Assembly: GCA_047611425.1 (NCBI GenBank)
Contig: JBLFWJ010000001.1
Span: 4,038 to 68,037, forward strand
Direction: 5' to 3'
Source of the DNA: Bacteroidia bacterium
GTDB lineage: Bacteria > Bacteroidota > Bacteroidia > UBA10329
DNA length: 64,000 nt
The position numbers and the translations under genes are program-made. Positions 9,213-20,552 of this stretch are shown piece by piece (the stretch's first letter is position 1; each line of letters begins with the position of its first letter). The notes beneath the pieces were generated by a model. It was not told the origin of the DNA and searched no databases. It was given only the letters and a program-made list of their open reading frames with translations.

Positions 9213-11345
9213 ATGGCTCTAGATCTTAAATACACGCGAAACATTGGTATTTCAGCACACATTGATGCTGGAAAAACCACTACTACTGAGCGTATCCTTT
9301 ATTATACTGGTATCAATCACAAGATTGGTGAAGTGCATGATGGCGCTGCTACCATGGACTGGATGGAGCAAGAGCAAGAAAGAGGTATAACAATTACTTC
9401 TGCTGCAACAACTACGTTTTGGAATTACAAGGACAAGGAGTATAAGATGAATATCATCGATACTCCGGGACACGTTGACTTTACGGTTGAGGTTGAGCGT
9501 TCATTAAGAGTATTGGATGGCGCAGTTGCACTTTTCTGTGCGGTCGGTGGCGTTGAGCCTCAATCTGAAACCGTTTGGAGACAAATGGACAAGTACGCTG
9601 TTCCGCGTATCGGATTTGTAAACAAGATGGACCGCTCTGGTGCTGACTTCTTAAGTGTTATAGGTCAGGTTAAGGAGCGTTTGGGTGGGAATCCAGTTCC
9701 TCTTCAAATTCCGATTGGAGCTGAAGAGACTTTTACTGGTGTTGTTGATCTTATCTCATTTACAGGATTGGAGTGGGATGATTCGACTCAAGGAATGACC
9801 TTTACCGAGGTGCCAATTCCAGAGGATATCCTTCCCATCGCTAAAGAGTGGAGAGAGAAATTATTGGAGTCTATCGCTGAATACGATGACTCATTGATGG
9901 AGAAGTATTTTGACAATCCTGATTCCATCACTGTTGAGGAAATCAACAATGGTATCAGAAATGCAACTTGTGCTTTGGCGATTATTCCAATGTATTGTGG
10001 TTCTGCATTCAAGAACAAGGGTGTACAGACTATGCTTGATGGTGTGATGGAATACCTTCCAAGTCCAATGGATGTTCCTTCAGTTTTTGGGATAAACCCT
10101 AAGACTGATGAGCAGGTAGAAAGAAAAGCGGATGCAGCTGAGCCTTTTGCTGCTTTAGCATTCAAAATTGCTACAGACCCATTTGTCGGTCGTCTGTGTT
10201 TCTTTAGGGTTTATTCTGGCGCACTTGATGCTGGTTCTTATGTAAGGAACACAAGATCTGATAAGAAGGAGCGTATTTCACGAATCTTTCAGATGCATTC
10301 TAATAAGCAGAATGCAATTCCAAGGATTGAAGCTGGAGATATTGGTGCAGGAGTGGGATTTAAGGATATCCGAACAGGAGATACGTTGTGTGACGAAAAG
10401 AATCAAATAATTCTTGAGTCAATCACTTTCCCGGAGCCAGTAATTGGTGTTGCAATTGAGCCTAAAACTCAGGCTGACGTTGATAAGTTGGGCGTTGCCT
10501 TAGGGAAACTTTCTGAGGAGGATCCAACATTTAGAGTGAAGACTGACGATGATTCTGGTCAAACTGTAATTTCAGGAATGGGTGAGCTTCACCTTGAAAT
10601 TATTGTGGACAGATTGAGACGTGAGTTTGGAGTAGAGGCAAATCAAGGAGCGCCACAAGTTGCCTATAAAGAGGCAATCAAAGGAACAGTCAGTCACAGA
10701 GAGACTTATAAGAAGCAGTCTGGTGGTCGTGGTAAGTTTGCTGATATTCAGTTTGAGATGGGGCCTGCGATTCCTGAAGAAAAAGAAGAAGAGCAAGAGC
10801 AAGAGATACCTACTGGGCTACAGTTCGTTAATAAAATTTCTGGAGGTAACATTCCTCGTGAATTTATCCCCGCAGTGGAGAAAGGATTCAAAGCTGCCTT
10901 GAGCAACGGTGTATTGGCCGGATTTCCAGTTGAAAGCCTTCGCGTTACACTTAATGATGGTTCTTTCCACGCGGTTGACTCCGATTCTCTTTCTTTTGAG
11001 ATTTGTGCTCAACTTGGATACAAGGCCGCAGCCAAAATGGCTAGCCCAGTAATAATGGAGCCTATCATGAAAGTTGAGGTGGTAACGCCTGAAGAAAATA
11101 TGGGTGATGTTGTTGGTGACCTTAATAGAAGAAGAGGTCAAATGCAAGGAATGGATAGCCGTGCTGGTGCACAGGTGGTAAGATGTAATGTTCCTCTTTC
11201 AGAAATGTTTGGATACGTTACTGTTCTTAGAACTATTACTTCTGGTAGAGCAACTTCCACAATGGAATTCTCTCACTATGATGAAGTTCCACGCAACTTG
11301 GCTGACGAAGTAATTAAAGCAACAATAGGTGCTAAGGCAAACTGA
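9213..11345 (+). CDS. fusA: Elongation factor G
   Basis: GTPase G1-G4 motifs ([21 protein letters not shown]) and full-length EF-G domains. Confidence 0.96.
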   Translation: MALDLKYTRNIGISAHIDAGKTTTTERILYYTGINHKIGEVHDGAATMDWMEQEQERGITITSAATTTFWNYKDKEYKMNIIDTPGHVDFTVEVERSLRVLDGAVALFCAVGGVEPQSETVWRQMDKYAVPRIGFVNKMDRSGADFLSVIGQVKERLGGNPVPLQIPIGAEETFTGVVDLISFTGLEWDDSTQGMTFTEVPIPEDILPIAKEWREKLLESIAEYDDSLMEKYFDNPDSITVEEINNGIRNATCALAIIPMYCGSAFKNKGVQTMLDGVMEYLPSPMDVPSVFGINPKTDEQVERKADAAEPFAALAFKIATDPFVGRLCFFRVYSGALDAGSYVRNTRSDKKERISRIFQMHSNKQNAIPRIEAGDIGAGVGFKDIRTGDTLCDEKNQIILESITFPEPVIGVAIEPKTQADVDKLGVALGKLSEEDPTFRVKTDDDSGQTVISGMGELHLEIIVDRLRREFGVEANQGAPQVAYKEAIKGTVSHRETYKKQSGGRGKFADIQFEMGPAIPEEKEEEQEQEIPTGLQFVNKISGGNIPREFIPAVEKGFKAALSNGVLAGFPVESLRVTLNDGSFHAVDSDSLSFEICAQLGYKAAAKMASPVIMEPIMKVEVVTPEENMGDVVGDLNRRRGQMQGMDSRAGAQVVRCNVPLSEMFGYVTVLRTITSGRATSTMEFSHYDEVPRNLADEVIKATIGAKAN

Positions 11346-11364
11346 TATTTAGAATACTAAGGTT

Positions 11365-11670
11365 ATGACCCAAAGAATCAGAATAAAGCTTAAGTCTTAC
11401 GACTACAATTTGGTTGACAAATCAGCCGATAAGATTATTAAGACAGTTAAGTCTACAGGTGCTATTGTTAGTGGTCCAATTCCACTTCCAACTCACAAGA
11501 AGATTTACACTGTTCTTCGTTCAACACACGTGAATAAGAAGTCTCGTGAGCAGTTCGAATTCAGTTCATACAAGCGTTTGCTTGACATCTATAGCAGTAC
11601 TTCAAATACTGTTGACGCTTTGATGAAGCTAGAGCTTCCAAGTGGTGTTGAGGTAGAGATTAAGGTATAA
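11365..11670 (+). CDS. rpsJ: 30S ribosomal protein S10
   Basis: IRIKLKSYD...LD.S...I conserved S10 sequence. Follows fusA directly with no intervening tuf. Confidence 0.93.
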   Translation: MTQRIRIKLKSYDYNLVDKSADKIIKTVKSTGAIVSGPIPLPTHKKIYTVLRSTHVNKKSREQFEFSSYKRLLDIYSSTSNTVDALMKLELPSGVEVEIKV

Positions 11671-11702
11671 CGTTGTTTCGATAACTAGAAAAATTTAAAG
11701 TC

Positions 11703-12338
11703 ATGTCAGGACTTATAGGTAAAAAAGTAGGGATGACCAGCATCTTCAATGAAGCTGGAAAAAACATTCCATGTACAGTTCTTGAAATGGGACCATGTGT
11801 GGTTACTCAAATCAAGGATCGTGAAACCGATGGATACAAAGCTGTTCAGTTGGGTTACGGAGAGAAGAGCGAGAAGCGATCTACCAAAGCAATGGTTGGT
11901 CATGCTAAGAAAGCGAATGCCTCTGTTCCACAGAAAACTATGGAGTTTAGAAAATTCCGTAATGAGTTTGAAGGTGGAGAATTGACATTAGGAAGAGAGA
12001 TCGCTGTAGGCGAAGTTTTCAGCGAAGGCGAATGGGTTGACGTTATCGGAACATCAAAAGGAAAAGGTTTCCAAGGTGTTGTTAAGCGTCATCACTTCCG
12101 TGGTGTTGGAGATGCAACGCACGGTCAGCACAATCGTCAACGTCATCCAGGTGCCATTGGTGCATGTTCTACTCCATCCCGGGTTTTTAAGGGATTGAGA
12201 ATGGCCGGTCAAATGGGAAATGAAAGAGTAAAGGTGACCAACCTTAAGGTTGTGAAAATTATTGCTGAGCAGAATCTGCTGGTAGTTAGTGGTGCGGTCC
12301 CTGGAGCAAAGGGGTCTTACATTAAAGTAGAGAAGTAA
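11703..12338 (+). CDS. rplC: 50S ribosomal protein L3
   Basis: [11 protein letters not shown] and the [11 protein letters not shown] motif. Confidence 0.93.
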   Translation: MSGLIGKKVGMTSIFNEAGKNIPCTVLEMGPCVVTQIKDRETDGYKAVQLGYGEKSEKRSTKAMVGHAKKANASVPQKTMEFRKFRNEFEGGELTLGREIAVGEVFSEGEWVDVIGTSKGKGFQGVVKRHHFRGVGDATHGQHNRQRHPGAIGACSTPSRVFKGLRMAGQMGNERVKVTNLKVVKIIAEQNLLVVSGAVPGAKGSYIKVEK

Positions 12339-12340
12339 TT

Positions 12341-12967
12341 ATGGATTTGAAAGTTGTAAATACCAAAGGCAAGGAAACTGCCAAGAAGGTTACACTGAAC
12401 AAGGAAGTGTTCGGTATTGAGCCAAACGACCATGCGATCTATTTGGATGTGAAGCAGCATTTGGCCAACAAGCGTCAAGGAACGCATCAGGCGAAGGAAC
12501 GAGGCGAGATTGTAGGTAGTACTCGAAAGTTGAGAAAGCAGAAGGGTAGTGGTGCCGCTCGTGTTGGTTCTATCAAGAATCCATTGTTCAGAGGTGGTGG
12601 TCGTGTATTCGGTCCAAGACCAAGAAACTATGGTTTCAAATTGAACAAGAAACTAAAAGCTTTGGCTCGTAAGAGTGCACTTTCTTACAAGGTTCAGGAA
12701 GAATCTTTGATGGTGCTGGAAGACTTTTCTTTTGACGCTCCAAGAACCAAGGATTTCGCTGCTTTGATGACCGCATTGAAGATGACAGGAAAAAAATCTT
12801 TAATGGTGCTGAATCAGGAGGATAAAAACATATATTTGTCCTCCCGAAATTTGGAAGGAACAGAAGTAGTAACTGTCTCAGAATTAAACACTTACAAGAT
12901 TCTGAACGCTAATAAGCTCATCGTTTGTGAGGGCGCTGTGAAGGAATTGGAAAACGTACTTAGCTAA
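12341..12967 (+). CDS. rplD: 50S ribosomal protein L4
   Basis: L4 pattern ([11 protein letters not shown]...GGG..FGP.PR.Y). Confidence 0.92.
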   Translation: MDLKVVNTKGKETAKKVTLNKEVFGIEPNDHAIYLDVKQHLANKRQGTHQAKERGEIVGSTRKLRKQKGSGAARVGSIKNPLFRGGGRVFGPRPRNYGFKLNKKLKALARKSALSYKVQEESLMVLEDFSFDAPRTKDFAALMTALKMTGKKSLMVLNQEDKNIYLSSRNLEGTEVVTVSELNTYKILNANKLIVCEGAVKELENVLS

Positions 12968-12977
12968 GAATAGAATT

Positions 12978-13268
12978 ATGGAGGTACTTGTGAAGCCAGT
13001 TATTACTGAAAAAATGACATCTATAACGGAGAAGTTAAACCGTTATGGATTTGTAGTTGATCGCAGAGCGAATAAGCTTCAGATTAAAGAAGCTGTTCAA
13101 ACTATGTACGGAGTACAGGTTACTGGTGTGAATACCATGATTATGCCCGGTCAAAAGAAAACAAGAAATACGAAAACGAAATTCATCGTAGGTAGAAAAT
13201 CAGCTTATAAAAAAGCAGTTGTCACAGTGGCCGATGGTCAGACAATCGATTTCTATAGCAATATCTGA
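12978..13268 (+). CDS. rplW: 50S ribosomal protein L23
   Basis: Size, sequence and position. Confidence 0.9.
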   Translation: MEVLVKPVITEKMTSITEKLNRYGFVVDRRANKLQIKEAVQTMYGVQVTGVNTMIMPGQKKTRNTKTKFIVGRKSAYKKAVVTVADGQTIDFYSNI

Positions 13269-13273
13269 TAATT

Positions 13274-14098
13274 ATGGCAGTCAGGAAAATAAAGCCAAAT
13301 ACTCCGGGACAACGGAACAAGATCGCTGGTTCATTCGAGGCGATTACAACCGATAAGCCGGAAAGAAGTCTTCTTGCAGTTAAGAAGCGATCAGGAGGTA
13401 GAAATAGCTCTGGTAAGATGACCATGCGCTACTTGGGTGGTGGTCACAAAAAGAAGTATCGTATAGTCGACTTCAAGAGAAATAAGGATGGCATTCCAGC
13501 TACCGTAAAATCTGTTGAGTATGACCCGAATAGAACTTCATTTATCGCTTTGTTGGTGTATGCTGACGGTGAGAAGAGATACATCGTTGCTCCAAAAGGA
13601 ATCGAAGTAGGACAGACCGTTGAGTCTGGAGAGAAAGCAGCACCAAATGTTGGTAACGCACTTTTCCTCAGCGACATTCCATTAGGTACTGTAATTCACA
13701 ACGTTGAATTACGTCCTGGGCAAGGAGGAAAGATGAGTCGTGGTGCTGGTGCTTACGCACAGTTGATGGCACGTGAAGGAAAGTTTGCAACAGTTAAGTT
13801 GCCTTCTGGTGAAGTGAGAATGATACATGTTACTTGTAAAGCATCAATCGGTGTGGTTTCGAATAGCGACCATATGCTTGAGCGATCAGGTAAGGCTGGT
13901 AGATCTCGATGGTTAGGAAGACGACCAAGAGTAAGAGGTGTTGTAATGAATCCTGTTGATCACCCAATGGGTGGTGGTGAAGGAAAATCTTCTGGAGGTC
14001 ACCCAAGATCTCGGAACGGTATTCCAGCTAAAGGATTCAAGACCCGTTACAAGAAGAAGGCTTCAAATCGTTACATCGTAGAAAAGAGAAAGAAATAA
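13274..14098 (+). CDS. rplB: 50S ribosomal protein L2
   Basis: L2 motifs ([22 protein letters not shown]). Confidence 0.95.
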   Translation: MAVRKIKPNTPGQRNKIAGSFEAITTDKPERSLLAVKKRSGGRNSSGKMTMRYLGGGHKKKYRIVDFKRNKDGIPATVKSVEYDPNRTSFIALLVYADGEKRYIVAPKGIEVGQTVESGEKAAPNVGNALFLSDIPLGTVIHNVELRPGQGGKMSRGAGAYAQLMAREGKFATVKLPSGEVRMIHVTCKASIGVVSNSDHMLERSGKAGRSRWLGRRPRVRGVVMNPVDHPMGGGEGKSSGGHPRSRNGIPAKGFKTRYKKKASNRYIVEKRKK

Positions 14099-14104
14099 TC
14101 TAAT

Positions 14105-14371
14105 ATGGCTCGTTCACTCAAAAAAGGACCGTTCATAGATTACAAGCTTGAGAAGCGTGTACTCGAAACTCAGGATTCTGGTAAGAAAACAGTTATTAAA
14201 ACTTGGTCACGTAGAAGTGTGATCTCTCCAGATTTTGTAGGAATGACAATCGCAGTACACAACGGAAACAAGTTTATCCCTGTGTATGTAACTGAAAACA
14301 TGGTAGGACACAAGTTGGGAGAGTTTTCTCCAACGAGAACCTTCCGTGGTCATCAGAAAGGAAAGAAGTAA
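14105..14371 (+). CDS. rpsS: 30S ribosomal protein S19
   Basis: [10 protein letters not shown]...AVHNG..F.PV...[13 protein letters not shown]. Confidence 0.94.
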   Translation: MARSLKKGPFIDYKLEKRVLETQDSGKKTVIKTWSRRSVISPDFVGMTIAVHNGNKFIPVYVTENMVGHKLGEFSPTRTFRGHQKGKK

Positions 14372-14392
14372 GCCAGTTTATAAGACTTAGTC

Positions 14393-14797
14393 ATGGCCAA
14401 TAGAAAGAAAGAAAGAGCAGATAGGCTGAAGGAAGAGAGAAAGACTCAATTCTTCGCAAAGTTGAACAACTGTCCTACCGCACCAAGAAAGATGCGATTG
14501 GTAGCAGACCTTATAAGAGGTATGCAGGTTGACAAGGCGCTATATACATTGAAACTGAATCCGAAAGAGGCTTCAGGTAGAATGGAGAAGTTGCTTTTGT
14601 CAGCAGTATCAAACTGGGAGCAGAAGAACGAAGGGAAGACTGCTGATGGTGGCGCACTTTTCGTAAAAGCAGTGATGGTTGATTCTGGTAGAATGCTGAA
14701 AAGGGTTCAACCAGCTCCACAAGGAAGAGCACACAGAGTAAGAAAACGATCAAACCACGTAACGATGGTAATTGACAGCCTGAGCCAAGAAGCATAA
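14393..14797 (+). CDS. rplV: 50S ribosomal protein L22
   Basis: L22 pattern, position between rpsS and rpsC. Confidence 0.9.
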   Translation: MANRKKERADRLKEERKTQFFAKLNNCPTAPRKMRLVADLIRGMQVDKALYTLKLNPKEASGRMEKLLLSAVSNWEQKNEGKTADGGALFVKAVMVDSGRMLKRVQPAPQGRAHRVRKRSNHVTMVIDSLSQEA

Positions 14798-15522
14798 TGG
14801 GACAGAAAACTAACCCGATAGGTAATAGACTTGGAATCATCAACGGATGGGATTCCAACTGGTATGGCGGAAAAGATACGCCAGCGAAGATTGAAGAGGA
14901 TCACAAAGTCCGAACCTATCTACGTGCACGTTTGGCAAAGGCAAGCCTTTCCAAAATCATAATTGAGCGTACGCTTAAATTGGTTACGGTTACCGTAAAC
15001 ACAGCTCGTCCAGGAATCATTATCGGTAAAGGAGGAAGTGAAGTTGATAAGCTTAAGCAAGAGTTGAAGAAGATTACTGGCAAAGAAGTCCAGATTAATA
15101 TCTTCGAGATTAAGCGACCAGAATTGGATGCTCGATTGGTAGCAGAAAGCGTTGCCCGTCAGTTGGAAGGAAGAGTTTCTTTTAGAAGAGCGGTTAAGAT
15201 GTCAGTTGCATCTACCATGAGAATGGGCGCTGAAGGAATTAAGATTCAGGTGAGCGGAAGATTGGGTGGAGCAGATATGGCTCGTACAGAAATGTATAAG
15301 GATGGAAGAATTCCATTGCACACTTTCAGAGCTAATATTGACTATGCATTAGTTGAGGCACACACTACATACGGAAGAATCGGTGTTAAGGTGTGGATTT
15401 GTAAAGGACTTGTTTATGGTAAGAGAGATCTTTCTCCAAACATAGGACAGGATAAGAAAGGCGGACCAAATAAGAAAGGCGGTCCAAGAGGTGGAGGTCA
15501 AAGACGTCCAGAGAGGAAATAA
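14797..15522 (+). CDS. rpsC: 30S ribosomal protein S3 (with basic G/K/P-rich C-terminal tail)
   Basis: [14 protein letters not shown]...KH-domain S3 sequence. Confidence 0.94.
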   Translation: MGQKTNPIGNRLGIINGWDSNWYGGKDTPAKIEEDHKVRTYLRARLAKASLSKIIIERTLKLVTVTVNTARPGIIIGKGGSEVDKLKQELKKITGKEVQINIFEIKRPELDARLVAESVARQLEGRVSFRRAVKMSVASTMRMGAEGIKIQVSGRLGGADMARTEMYKDGRIPLHTFRANIDYALVEAHTTYGRIGVKVWICKGLVYGKRDLSPNIGQDKKGGPNKKGGPRGGGQRRPERK

Positions 15523-15554
15523 TATTAGCGTTTAATACAATAGACCAGTAAGTT

Positions 15555-15974
15555 ATGCTACAGCCAAAAAGGACGAAGTTCCGGAAGATGCAAAAGATGA
15601 AGATGAAGGGGATGGCCCAGAGGGGCAATCAACTCAGCTTCGGAACATTTGGCATCAAAGCTTTAGAAGGTGCTTGGATTACAAGTCGCCAGATAGAAGC
15701 TGCCCGTATCGCTGTTACCAGGTACATGAAACGTGAAGGCCAAGTGTGGATCAACATTTTTCCAGATAAGCCTGTAACGAAGAAACCTGCTGAAGTAAGA
15801 ATGGGTAAAGGAAAAGGTTCACCTGAATACTGGGTGGCAGTTGTAAAGCCAGGTCGAATCATGTTCGAACTAGAAGGCGTTGATACGGAAACAGCAAAAG
15901 AGGCTTGTCGATTGGCATCTCAGAAACTGCCTATCACAACTCGATTTGTAACTAGAAAGGACTACGCAGCCTGA
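15555..15974 (+). CDS. rplP: 50S ribosomal protein L16
   Basis: [11 protein letters not shown]...R.G. Confidence 0.94.
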   Translation: MLQPKRTKFRKMQKMKMKGMAQRGNQLSFGTFGIKALEGAWITSRQIEAARIAVTRYMKREGQVWINIFPDKPVTKKPAEVRMGKGKGSPEYWVAVVKPGRIMFELEGVDTETAKEACRLASQKLPITTRFVTRKDYAA

Positions 15975-15988
15975 TAATCTAAGGAATT

Positions 15989-16180
15989 ATGGAGAATTCA
16001 GTAATAAGAGAACTTTCAAGCGAGGAGCTTAACTCAAGAATAATTGAGGAGAAGCACAACATGACCAAAATGAAAATGGCTCATGCAGTGTCTCCAGTTG
16101 AGAACCCACAGACGCTTAAGACAACAAGAAAATTGATCGCTAAGCTGCTTACTGAGCAGACAAAACGTTCAAACAATTAA
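15989..16180 (+). CDS. rpmC: 50S ribosomal protein L29
   Basis: 63 aa, helical L29 pattern, position. Confidence 0.85.
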   Translation: MENSVIRELSSEELNSRIIEEKHNMTKMKMAHAVSPVENPQTLKTTRKLIAKLLTEQTKRSNN

Positions 16181-16205
16181 ACCAATCAGGTAGGAAAGCA
16201 AAACA

Positions 16206-16478
16206 ATGGAAGCTACCCAAACAGCAGAAAGAAACCTACGCAAGGAGATCCTTGGTCTGGTTACCAGTAACAGCATGGACAAGTCCATCACTGTTATTGT
16301 TGAACGCAAGGAGAAGCACCCGATGTACGGAAAGTACGTGAAGAAGAGTAAGAAATTCCACGCTCATGATGAGAAGAATGAGTGCAACGTGGGAGATACT
16401 GTTCGAATCATGGAAACACGTCCATTGAGTAAGACAAAGTGCTGGAGAATGGTTGAAATCATAGAAAGAGCTAAGTAA
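16206..16478 (+). CDS. rpsQ: 30S ribosomal protein S17
   Basis: GxVxS.KM.KT..V.VER...HP.Y.K pattern. Confidence 0.92.
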   Translation: MEATQTAERNLRKEILGLVTSNSMDKSITVIVERKEKHPMYGKYVKKSKKFHAHDEKNECNVGDTVRIMETRPLSKTKCWRMVEIIERAK

Positions 16479-16479
16479 G

Positions 16480-16848
16480 ATGATTCAGCAAGAGAGTAGG
16501 CTAAAATGCGCTGATAACAGCGGAGCCAAAGAAGTATTGTGCATTAGGGTTCTTGGAGGAACGAAGAGAAGATATGCCTCAGTTGGCGATCAGATTGTAG
16601 TTACTGTTAAGCACAGCATGCCAAATAGCAACGCGAAAAAAGGTACAGTAACACGTGCAGTTATCGTTAGAACTAAGAAGGAAGTAAGAAGACAAGATGG
16701 TTCTTACATTCGATTTGACGACAACGCAGTTGTATTGCTAAATGCCACTGGAGAAATGAGAGGAACCCGAATATTCGGACCTGTTGCCAGAGAGTTGCGC
16801 GAAAAGTCATTTATGAAGATCGTATCACTTGCCCCTGAGGTACTTTGA
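16480..16848 (+). CDS. rplN: 50S ribosomal protein L14
   Basis: [17 protein letters not shown]...IRV.GG canonical L14. Confidence 0.95.
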   Translation: MIQQESRLKCADNSGAKEVLCIRVLGGTKRRYASVGDQIVVTVKHSMPNSNAKKGTVTRAVIVRTKKEVRRQDGSYIRFDDNAVVLLNATGEMRGTRIFGPVARELREKSFMKIVSLAPEVL

Positions 16849-16867
16849 TACAAATCGACAGAACGAG

Positions 16868-17128
16868 ATGAAAAAGTTTCATATAAAGAAGAACGACCAG
16901 GTTGTGGTTATTACCGGTGAGAACAAAGGTTCAGAAGGTAAGGTGCTTGAAATGCACACAAAGACATCAAGAGCATTGGTGGAAGGTGTGAACATGATTA
17001 AGCGTCACACCAAACCAAATACTCAGTTTCCTGACGGAGGAATCATCGAAAAGGAGGCACCGATACATGTGTCTAACTTGAAGTTGGTTGAGGCGAAGGC
17101 AGGAACAGCTAAGAATAGTTCTAAGTAA
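16868..17128 (+). CDS. rplX: 50S ribosomal protein L24 (start moved to the internal ATG giving MKKFHIKKND)
   Basis: KOW-domain L24. The track ORF begins 13 codons upstream and overlaps rplN, so the MKKFHIKK start at 16868 is preferred. Confidence 0.9.
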   Translation: MKKFHIKKNDQVVVITGENKGSEGKVLEMHTKTSRALVEGVNMIKRHTKPNTQFPDGGIIEKEAPIHVSNLKLVEAKAGTAKNSSK

Positions 17129-17162
17129 TCATTACCGAAGGGTTAATAGAAGAATTAAATAA

Positions 17163-17717
17163 GTGATGAGTCAAAAAGCTACACTTAAGGGAAAGTACAA
17201 CGAGGAGATTGTTCCGGCATTAACGGAGCAGTTCAAGTACTCTTCAAGAATGCAGGTACCTGTGTTGGAGAAGATCTGCCTGAATCAAGGTCTTGGAATC
17301 GCTGTTGCTGACAAGAAGATTATTGATGCCGCCATTATTGATATGGGGTTGATCACTGGTCAAAAAGCAGTTGCTGCATATTCTAAGAAGGACGTTTCGA
17401 ACTTCAAATTGAGAAAAGGAATGCCGATTGGTGTACGTGTTACATTGAGAGGCGACAAGATGTACGAATTCCTAGAGAGATTGATTCGAGTAGCACTGCC
17501 ACGTGTACGTGACTTCAGAGGAATCAGCCCAAAAGGAATGGACGGAGGAGGTAACTACTCAATGGGTGTTACTGAGCACATCATCTTCCCAGAGATTGAT
17601 ATTGACAAAGTGAACAGAATCCTAGGTATGGATATCACCTTTGTAACCTCTGCAAAAAGCAACGAGGAAGGAATAGCATTATTAAAAGAATTTGGACTTC
17701 CGTTCAAAAAGAACTAA
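17163..17717 (+). CDS. rplE: 50S ribosomal protein L5
   Basis: L5 pattern (...NYSMG..E...FPEI). Confidence 0.94.
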   Translation: MMSQKATLKGKYNEEIVPALTEQFKYSSRMQVPVLEKICLNQGLGIAVADKKIIDAAIIDMGLITGQKAVAAYSKKDVSNFKLRKGMPIGVRVTLRGDKMYEFLERLIRVALPRVRDFRGISPKGMDGGGNYSMGVTEHIIFPEIDIDKVNRILGMDITFVTSAKSNEEGIALLKEFGLPFKKN

Positions 17718-17736
17718 TAAAAAGGTAAGCTGAGTC

Positions 17737-18006
17737 ATGGCTAAAGAATCAATGAAAGCAAGAGAGCGCAAGCGCGCTAAGATGGTTGCAAAGTTTGCTG
17801 AAAAGCGAGCTGCGCTTAAAGCTGAAGGCGACTATCAAGGACTTGCACGACTTCCTAAGAATGGGTCTGCAGTAAGAATGCACAATCGTTGCAGTATTAC
17901 TGGTCGTCCTAAAGGATATATGCGCGACTTCGGTATTTCAAGGATTCAGTTCCGCGAGATGGCCAACAACGGATTGATTCCGGGCGTAAGAAAGACTAGC
18001 TGGTAA
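17737..18006 (+). CDS. rpsN: 30S ribosomal protein S14 (89-aa long form)
   Basis: S14 sequence with C-terminal ...R...G.IPGV.K.SW. Confidence 0.92.
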   Translation: MAKESMKARERKRAKMVAKFAEKRAALKAEGDYQGLARLPKNGSAVRMHNRCSITGRPKGYMRDFGISRIQFREMANNGLIPGVRKTSW

Positions 18007-18030
18007 TTTATTGATAGTAGAGAAAGAGTT

Positions 18031-18426
18031 ATGACAGATCCAATTGCAGATTATCTGACACGCATCCGAAACGGGATTCAAGCAAACCACAGAGTGGTTG
18101 AGATTCCTGCTTCAAACATGAAGAAGAGAATCACTGAGGTGCTTTTCAACAAAGGGTATATCCTTAACTATAAGTTTGAGGAAGAAGGGCCACAGGGTAC
18201 TATCAAAGTTGCTTTGAAGTATCACCCTAAGACAAAGGTTAACGCGATTAAGAGTATTCAACGTGTTAGTCGTCCAGGTTTGAGAACATATAAAGGGACA
18301 AGTGAAGTTCCACGTGTTCTAAACGGACTTGGAATTGCCATCGTTTCAACTTCTCAAGGTTTGATGAGTGATAAGGAGGCAAGAGAAAAAGGAATTGGCG
18401 GAGAGGTTATTTGCTCTGTTTATTAA
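18031..18426 (+). CDS. rpsH: 30S ribosomal protein S8
   Basis: MTDPIADYLTRIRNG canonical S8 N-terminus. Confidence 0.95.
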   Translation: MTDPIADYLTRIRNGIQANHRVVEIPASNMKKRITEVLFNKGYILNYKFEEEGPQGTIKVALKYHPKTKVNAIKSIQRVSRPGLRTYKGTSEVPRVLNGLGIAIVSTSQGLMSDKEAREKGIGGEVICSVY

Positions 18427-18445
18427 TAGATAAAGAAGACAGGTT

Positions 18446-19000
18446 ATGTCAAGAATAGGAAAAGCAATTATCAACTTACCTGCAGGGGTAGACATCAAGG
18501 TTGATGGCACAACTGTTACTGTAAAGGGTGCGTTGGGTGAATTGTACCAGGAACTAGATCCAGCTATAACAGTTGAGATTGAGGATGGCGTGCTGACGTG
18601 CGTACGTTCAAATGAAGATAAGCAGACGAAGGCTAATCACGGTCTTTATCGTTCATTGATCAACAATATGATCATTGGTGTAACTGCTGGATACGAGAAG
18701 AAGTTGGAGTTGGTTGGTGTTGGATACCGTGCGACAATGAAAGGTCAGCAATTGGATTTAACACTTGGATTCTCACACAATATTTCATTCATGTTACCAG
18801 CAGAGGTTAAGGCCGAAGCAGTAGCTGAAAGAGGTAAAAATCCAATCATCATCCTTAAGTCTTTTGATAAGCAATTGATCGGTCAGGTTTGCGCCAAGAT
18901 TAGATCACTTAGAAAGCCAGAGCCATACAAGGGCAAAGGAGTTCGATTCGTAGGAGAACAAATTAGAAGAAAGGCAGGTAAATCAGCCGCATCAGCATAA
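18446..19000 (+). CDS. rplF: 50S ribosomal protein L6
   Basis: MSRIGK.I..P.GV two-domain L6. Confidence 0.94.
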   Translation: MSRIGKAIINLPAGVDIKVDGTTVTVKGALGELYQELDPAITVEIEDGVLTCVRSNEDKQTKANHGLYRSLINNMIIGVTAGYEKKLELVGVGYRATMKGQQLDLTLGFSHNISFMLPAEVKAEAVAERGKNPIIILKSFDKQLIGQVCAKIRSLRKPEPYKGKGVRFVGEQIRRKAGKSAASA

Positions 19001-19007
19001 TTGAGTC

Positions 19008-19364
19008 ATGGCAGTTAAGAAGTCAGATAGAAGAGACAAGATCCGTAGAAAGATCAGAGCGAGCATCATTGGAACCGCAGAGCGCCCAAGAATGTCGATT
19101 TTCAGAAGTAACAAGGGCATTTATGTTCAGCTTATTGACGATGCAAACGGAACCACTTTGGTTGCAGCATCTACTGGAGACAAAGGCATCGAAGGGTCAA
19201 AGGGTTCTAAGATCGAAGTATCTAAAATGGTAGGTACTGCAATCGCGGAGAAAGCTAAAGAAGCTGGAATTGACAAAGTGGTATTTGACCGAGGCGGTTA
19301 CTTGTATCACGGTAGAGTAAAGTCATTGGCAGATGGTGCCAGAGAAGGTGGATTACAGTTTTAA
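19008..19364 (+). CDS. rplR: 50S ribosomal protein L18
   Basis: L18 pattern (...DRGGY.YHGRV.A.A.GAREGGL.F). Confidence 0.93.
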   Translation: MAVKKSDRRDKIRRKIRASIIGTAERPRMSIFRSNKGIYVQLIDDANGTTLVAASTGDKGIEGSKGSKIEVSKMVGTAIAEKAKEAGIDKVVFDRGGYLYHGRVKSLADGAREGGLQF

Positions 19365-19382
19365 TACCGATCTGAAGAAAAA

Positions 19383-19886
19383 ATGAAAAAGGTACAAGCA
19401 AAAGATACAGAGCTTAAAGACCGAGTGGTCGGTATTCAGCGTGTTGTAAAGGTGACCAAAGGTGGTCGTACTTTCAGTTTCTCTGCCATTGTCGTGGTTG
19501 GAGATGAGAAAGGAACTGTAGGACACGGATTTGGAAAAGCGAAAGAAGTTGTTGAGGCAATTTCAAAAGGAATTGAGGATGCTAAGAAGAACTTGATTAA
19601 GGTTCCTGTTATCAACGATACAATTCCACATCAACAAGAATTGAAGTACAGTGGTGCTCATGTTTTCATGAAGCCTGCAAGTCGTGGTACCGGTGTTATT
19701 GCTGGTGGTGCAATGAGAGCTGTATTGGAGAGTGCTGGAGTTAAAAATGTTTTGGCTAAGTCCAAGGGTTCTTCAAATCCACACAACGTAGTTAAAGCAA
19801 CTTACAATGCACTAGCAGAAATGCGTGATGCATACCAAGTAGCTGACTCAAGAGGCGTGAGCGTTAATAAAGTATTCAACGGTTAA
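19383..19886 (+). CDS. rpsE: 30S ribosomal protein S5
   Basis: VV.I.RV.KV.KGGR.F.F.A..VVGD..G.VG.G.GKA.EV S5 motifs. Confidence 0.95.
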   Translation: MKKVQAKDTELKDRVVGIQRVVKVTKGGRTFSFSAIVVVGDEKGTVGHGFGKAKEVVEAISKGIEDAKKNLIKVPVINDTIPHQQELKYSGAHVFMKPASRGTGVIAGGAMRAVLESAGVKNVLAKSKGSSNPHNVVKATYNALAEMRDAYQVADSRGVSVNKVFNG

Positions 19887-19897
19887 GAAAAGCTATT

Positions 19898-20074
19898 ATG
19901 GCTAAGATCAAAGTAAAGCAGGTACGAAGTGCCATCAACCGTCCTCAACGACAGAAGAGAACGATTCAAGCGCTTGGTTTGAAGAAATTGAACCAAGTAG
20001 TTGAACATGATGATACACCAGCGATCAAAGGAATGATCGCCAAGGTGGCTCATATGGTTGAAGTAGTAGATTAA
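19898..20074 (+). CDS. rpmD: 50S ribosomal protein L30 (58 aa, below the ORF-track cutoff)
   Basis: Manual translation: MAKIKVKQVRSAINRPQRQKRTIQALGLKKLNQVVEHDDTPAIKGMIAKVAHMVEVVD*, a typical L30 between rpsE and rplO. Confidence 0.85.
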   Translation: MAKIKVKQVRSAINRPQRQKRTIQALGLKKLNQVVEHDDTPAIKGMIAKVAHMVEVVD

Positions 20075-20096
20075 TTTACGGGACAAGAAGCAAGAG

Positions 20097-20552
20097 ATGA
20101 ATCTCAGCAATCTGAAGCCGGCCGCTGGCTCTAACAAAAGCGGTAAAGTGAGAATTGGACGTGGTGAAGGAACCGGTAAAGGCGGAACTTCTACTCGTGG
20201 TCACAAAGGTGCCAAGTCTAGATCTGGATATAGTAAGAAGATTGGTTTTGAAGGTGGGCAGATGCCACTTCAAAGACGTGTTCCTAAGTTCGGTTTCAAG
20301 AACCCATTCAGAGTAGAGTATCGAGGTATCAATTTGGATACTCTTCAAGAATTAGCAGATGCTAAGAAATTGGAGAAAATCGATATCGCAACTCTAATTG
20401 ATAATGGATTGGCGGATAAGAAGGATCTAGTTAAGATTCTTGGTAGAGGAGAACTAAGTGCGAAGGTTGAAGTGAATGTTCACGCATTTTCTGCATCTGC
20501 AAAAGCAGCAATCGAGGCAAAAGGAGGACAGGCTGTAACTATTGAGAAGTAA
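20097..20552 (+). CDS. rplO: 50S ribosomal protein L15
   Basis: MNLSNLKPA.GS...KRIGRG.G.G.GGT..RGHKG L15 N-terminus. Confidence 0.94.
   Translation: MNLSNLKPAAGSNKSGKVRIGRGEGTGKGGTSTRGHKGAKSRSGYSKKIGFEGGQMPLQRRVPKFGFKNPFRVEYRGINLDTLQELADAKKLEKIDIATLIDNGLADKKDLVKILGRGELSAKVEVNVHAFSASAKAAIEAKGGQAVTIEK

Noticed and set aside
9252-11147. Several 70-125-aa ORFs antisense or out of frame within fusA (9252-9473, 9788-10165, 10572-10802, 10660-10902, 10818-11147)
   Set aside because: Fully embedded in a highly conserved, unambiguous EF-G coding sequence. No independent signals, so they are typical spurious shadow ORFs.
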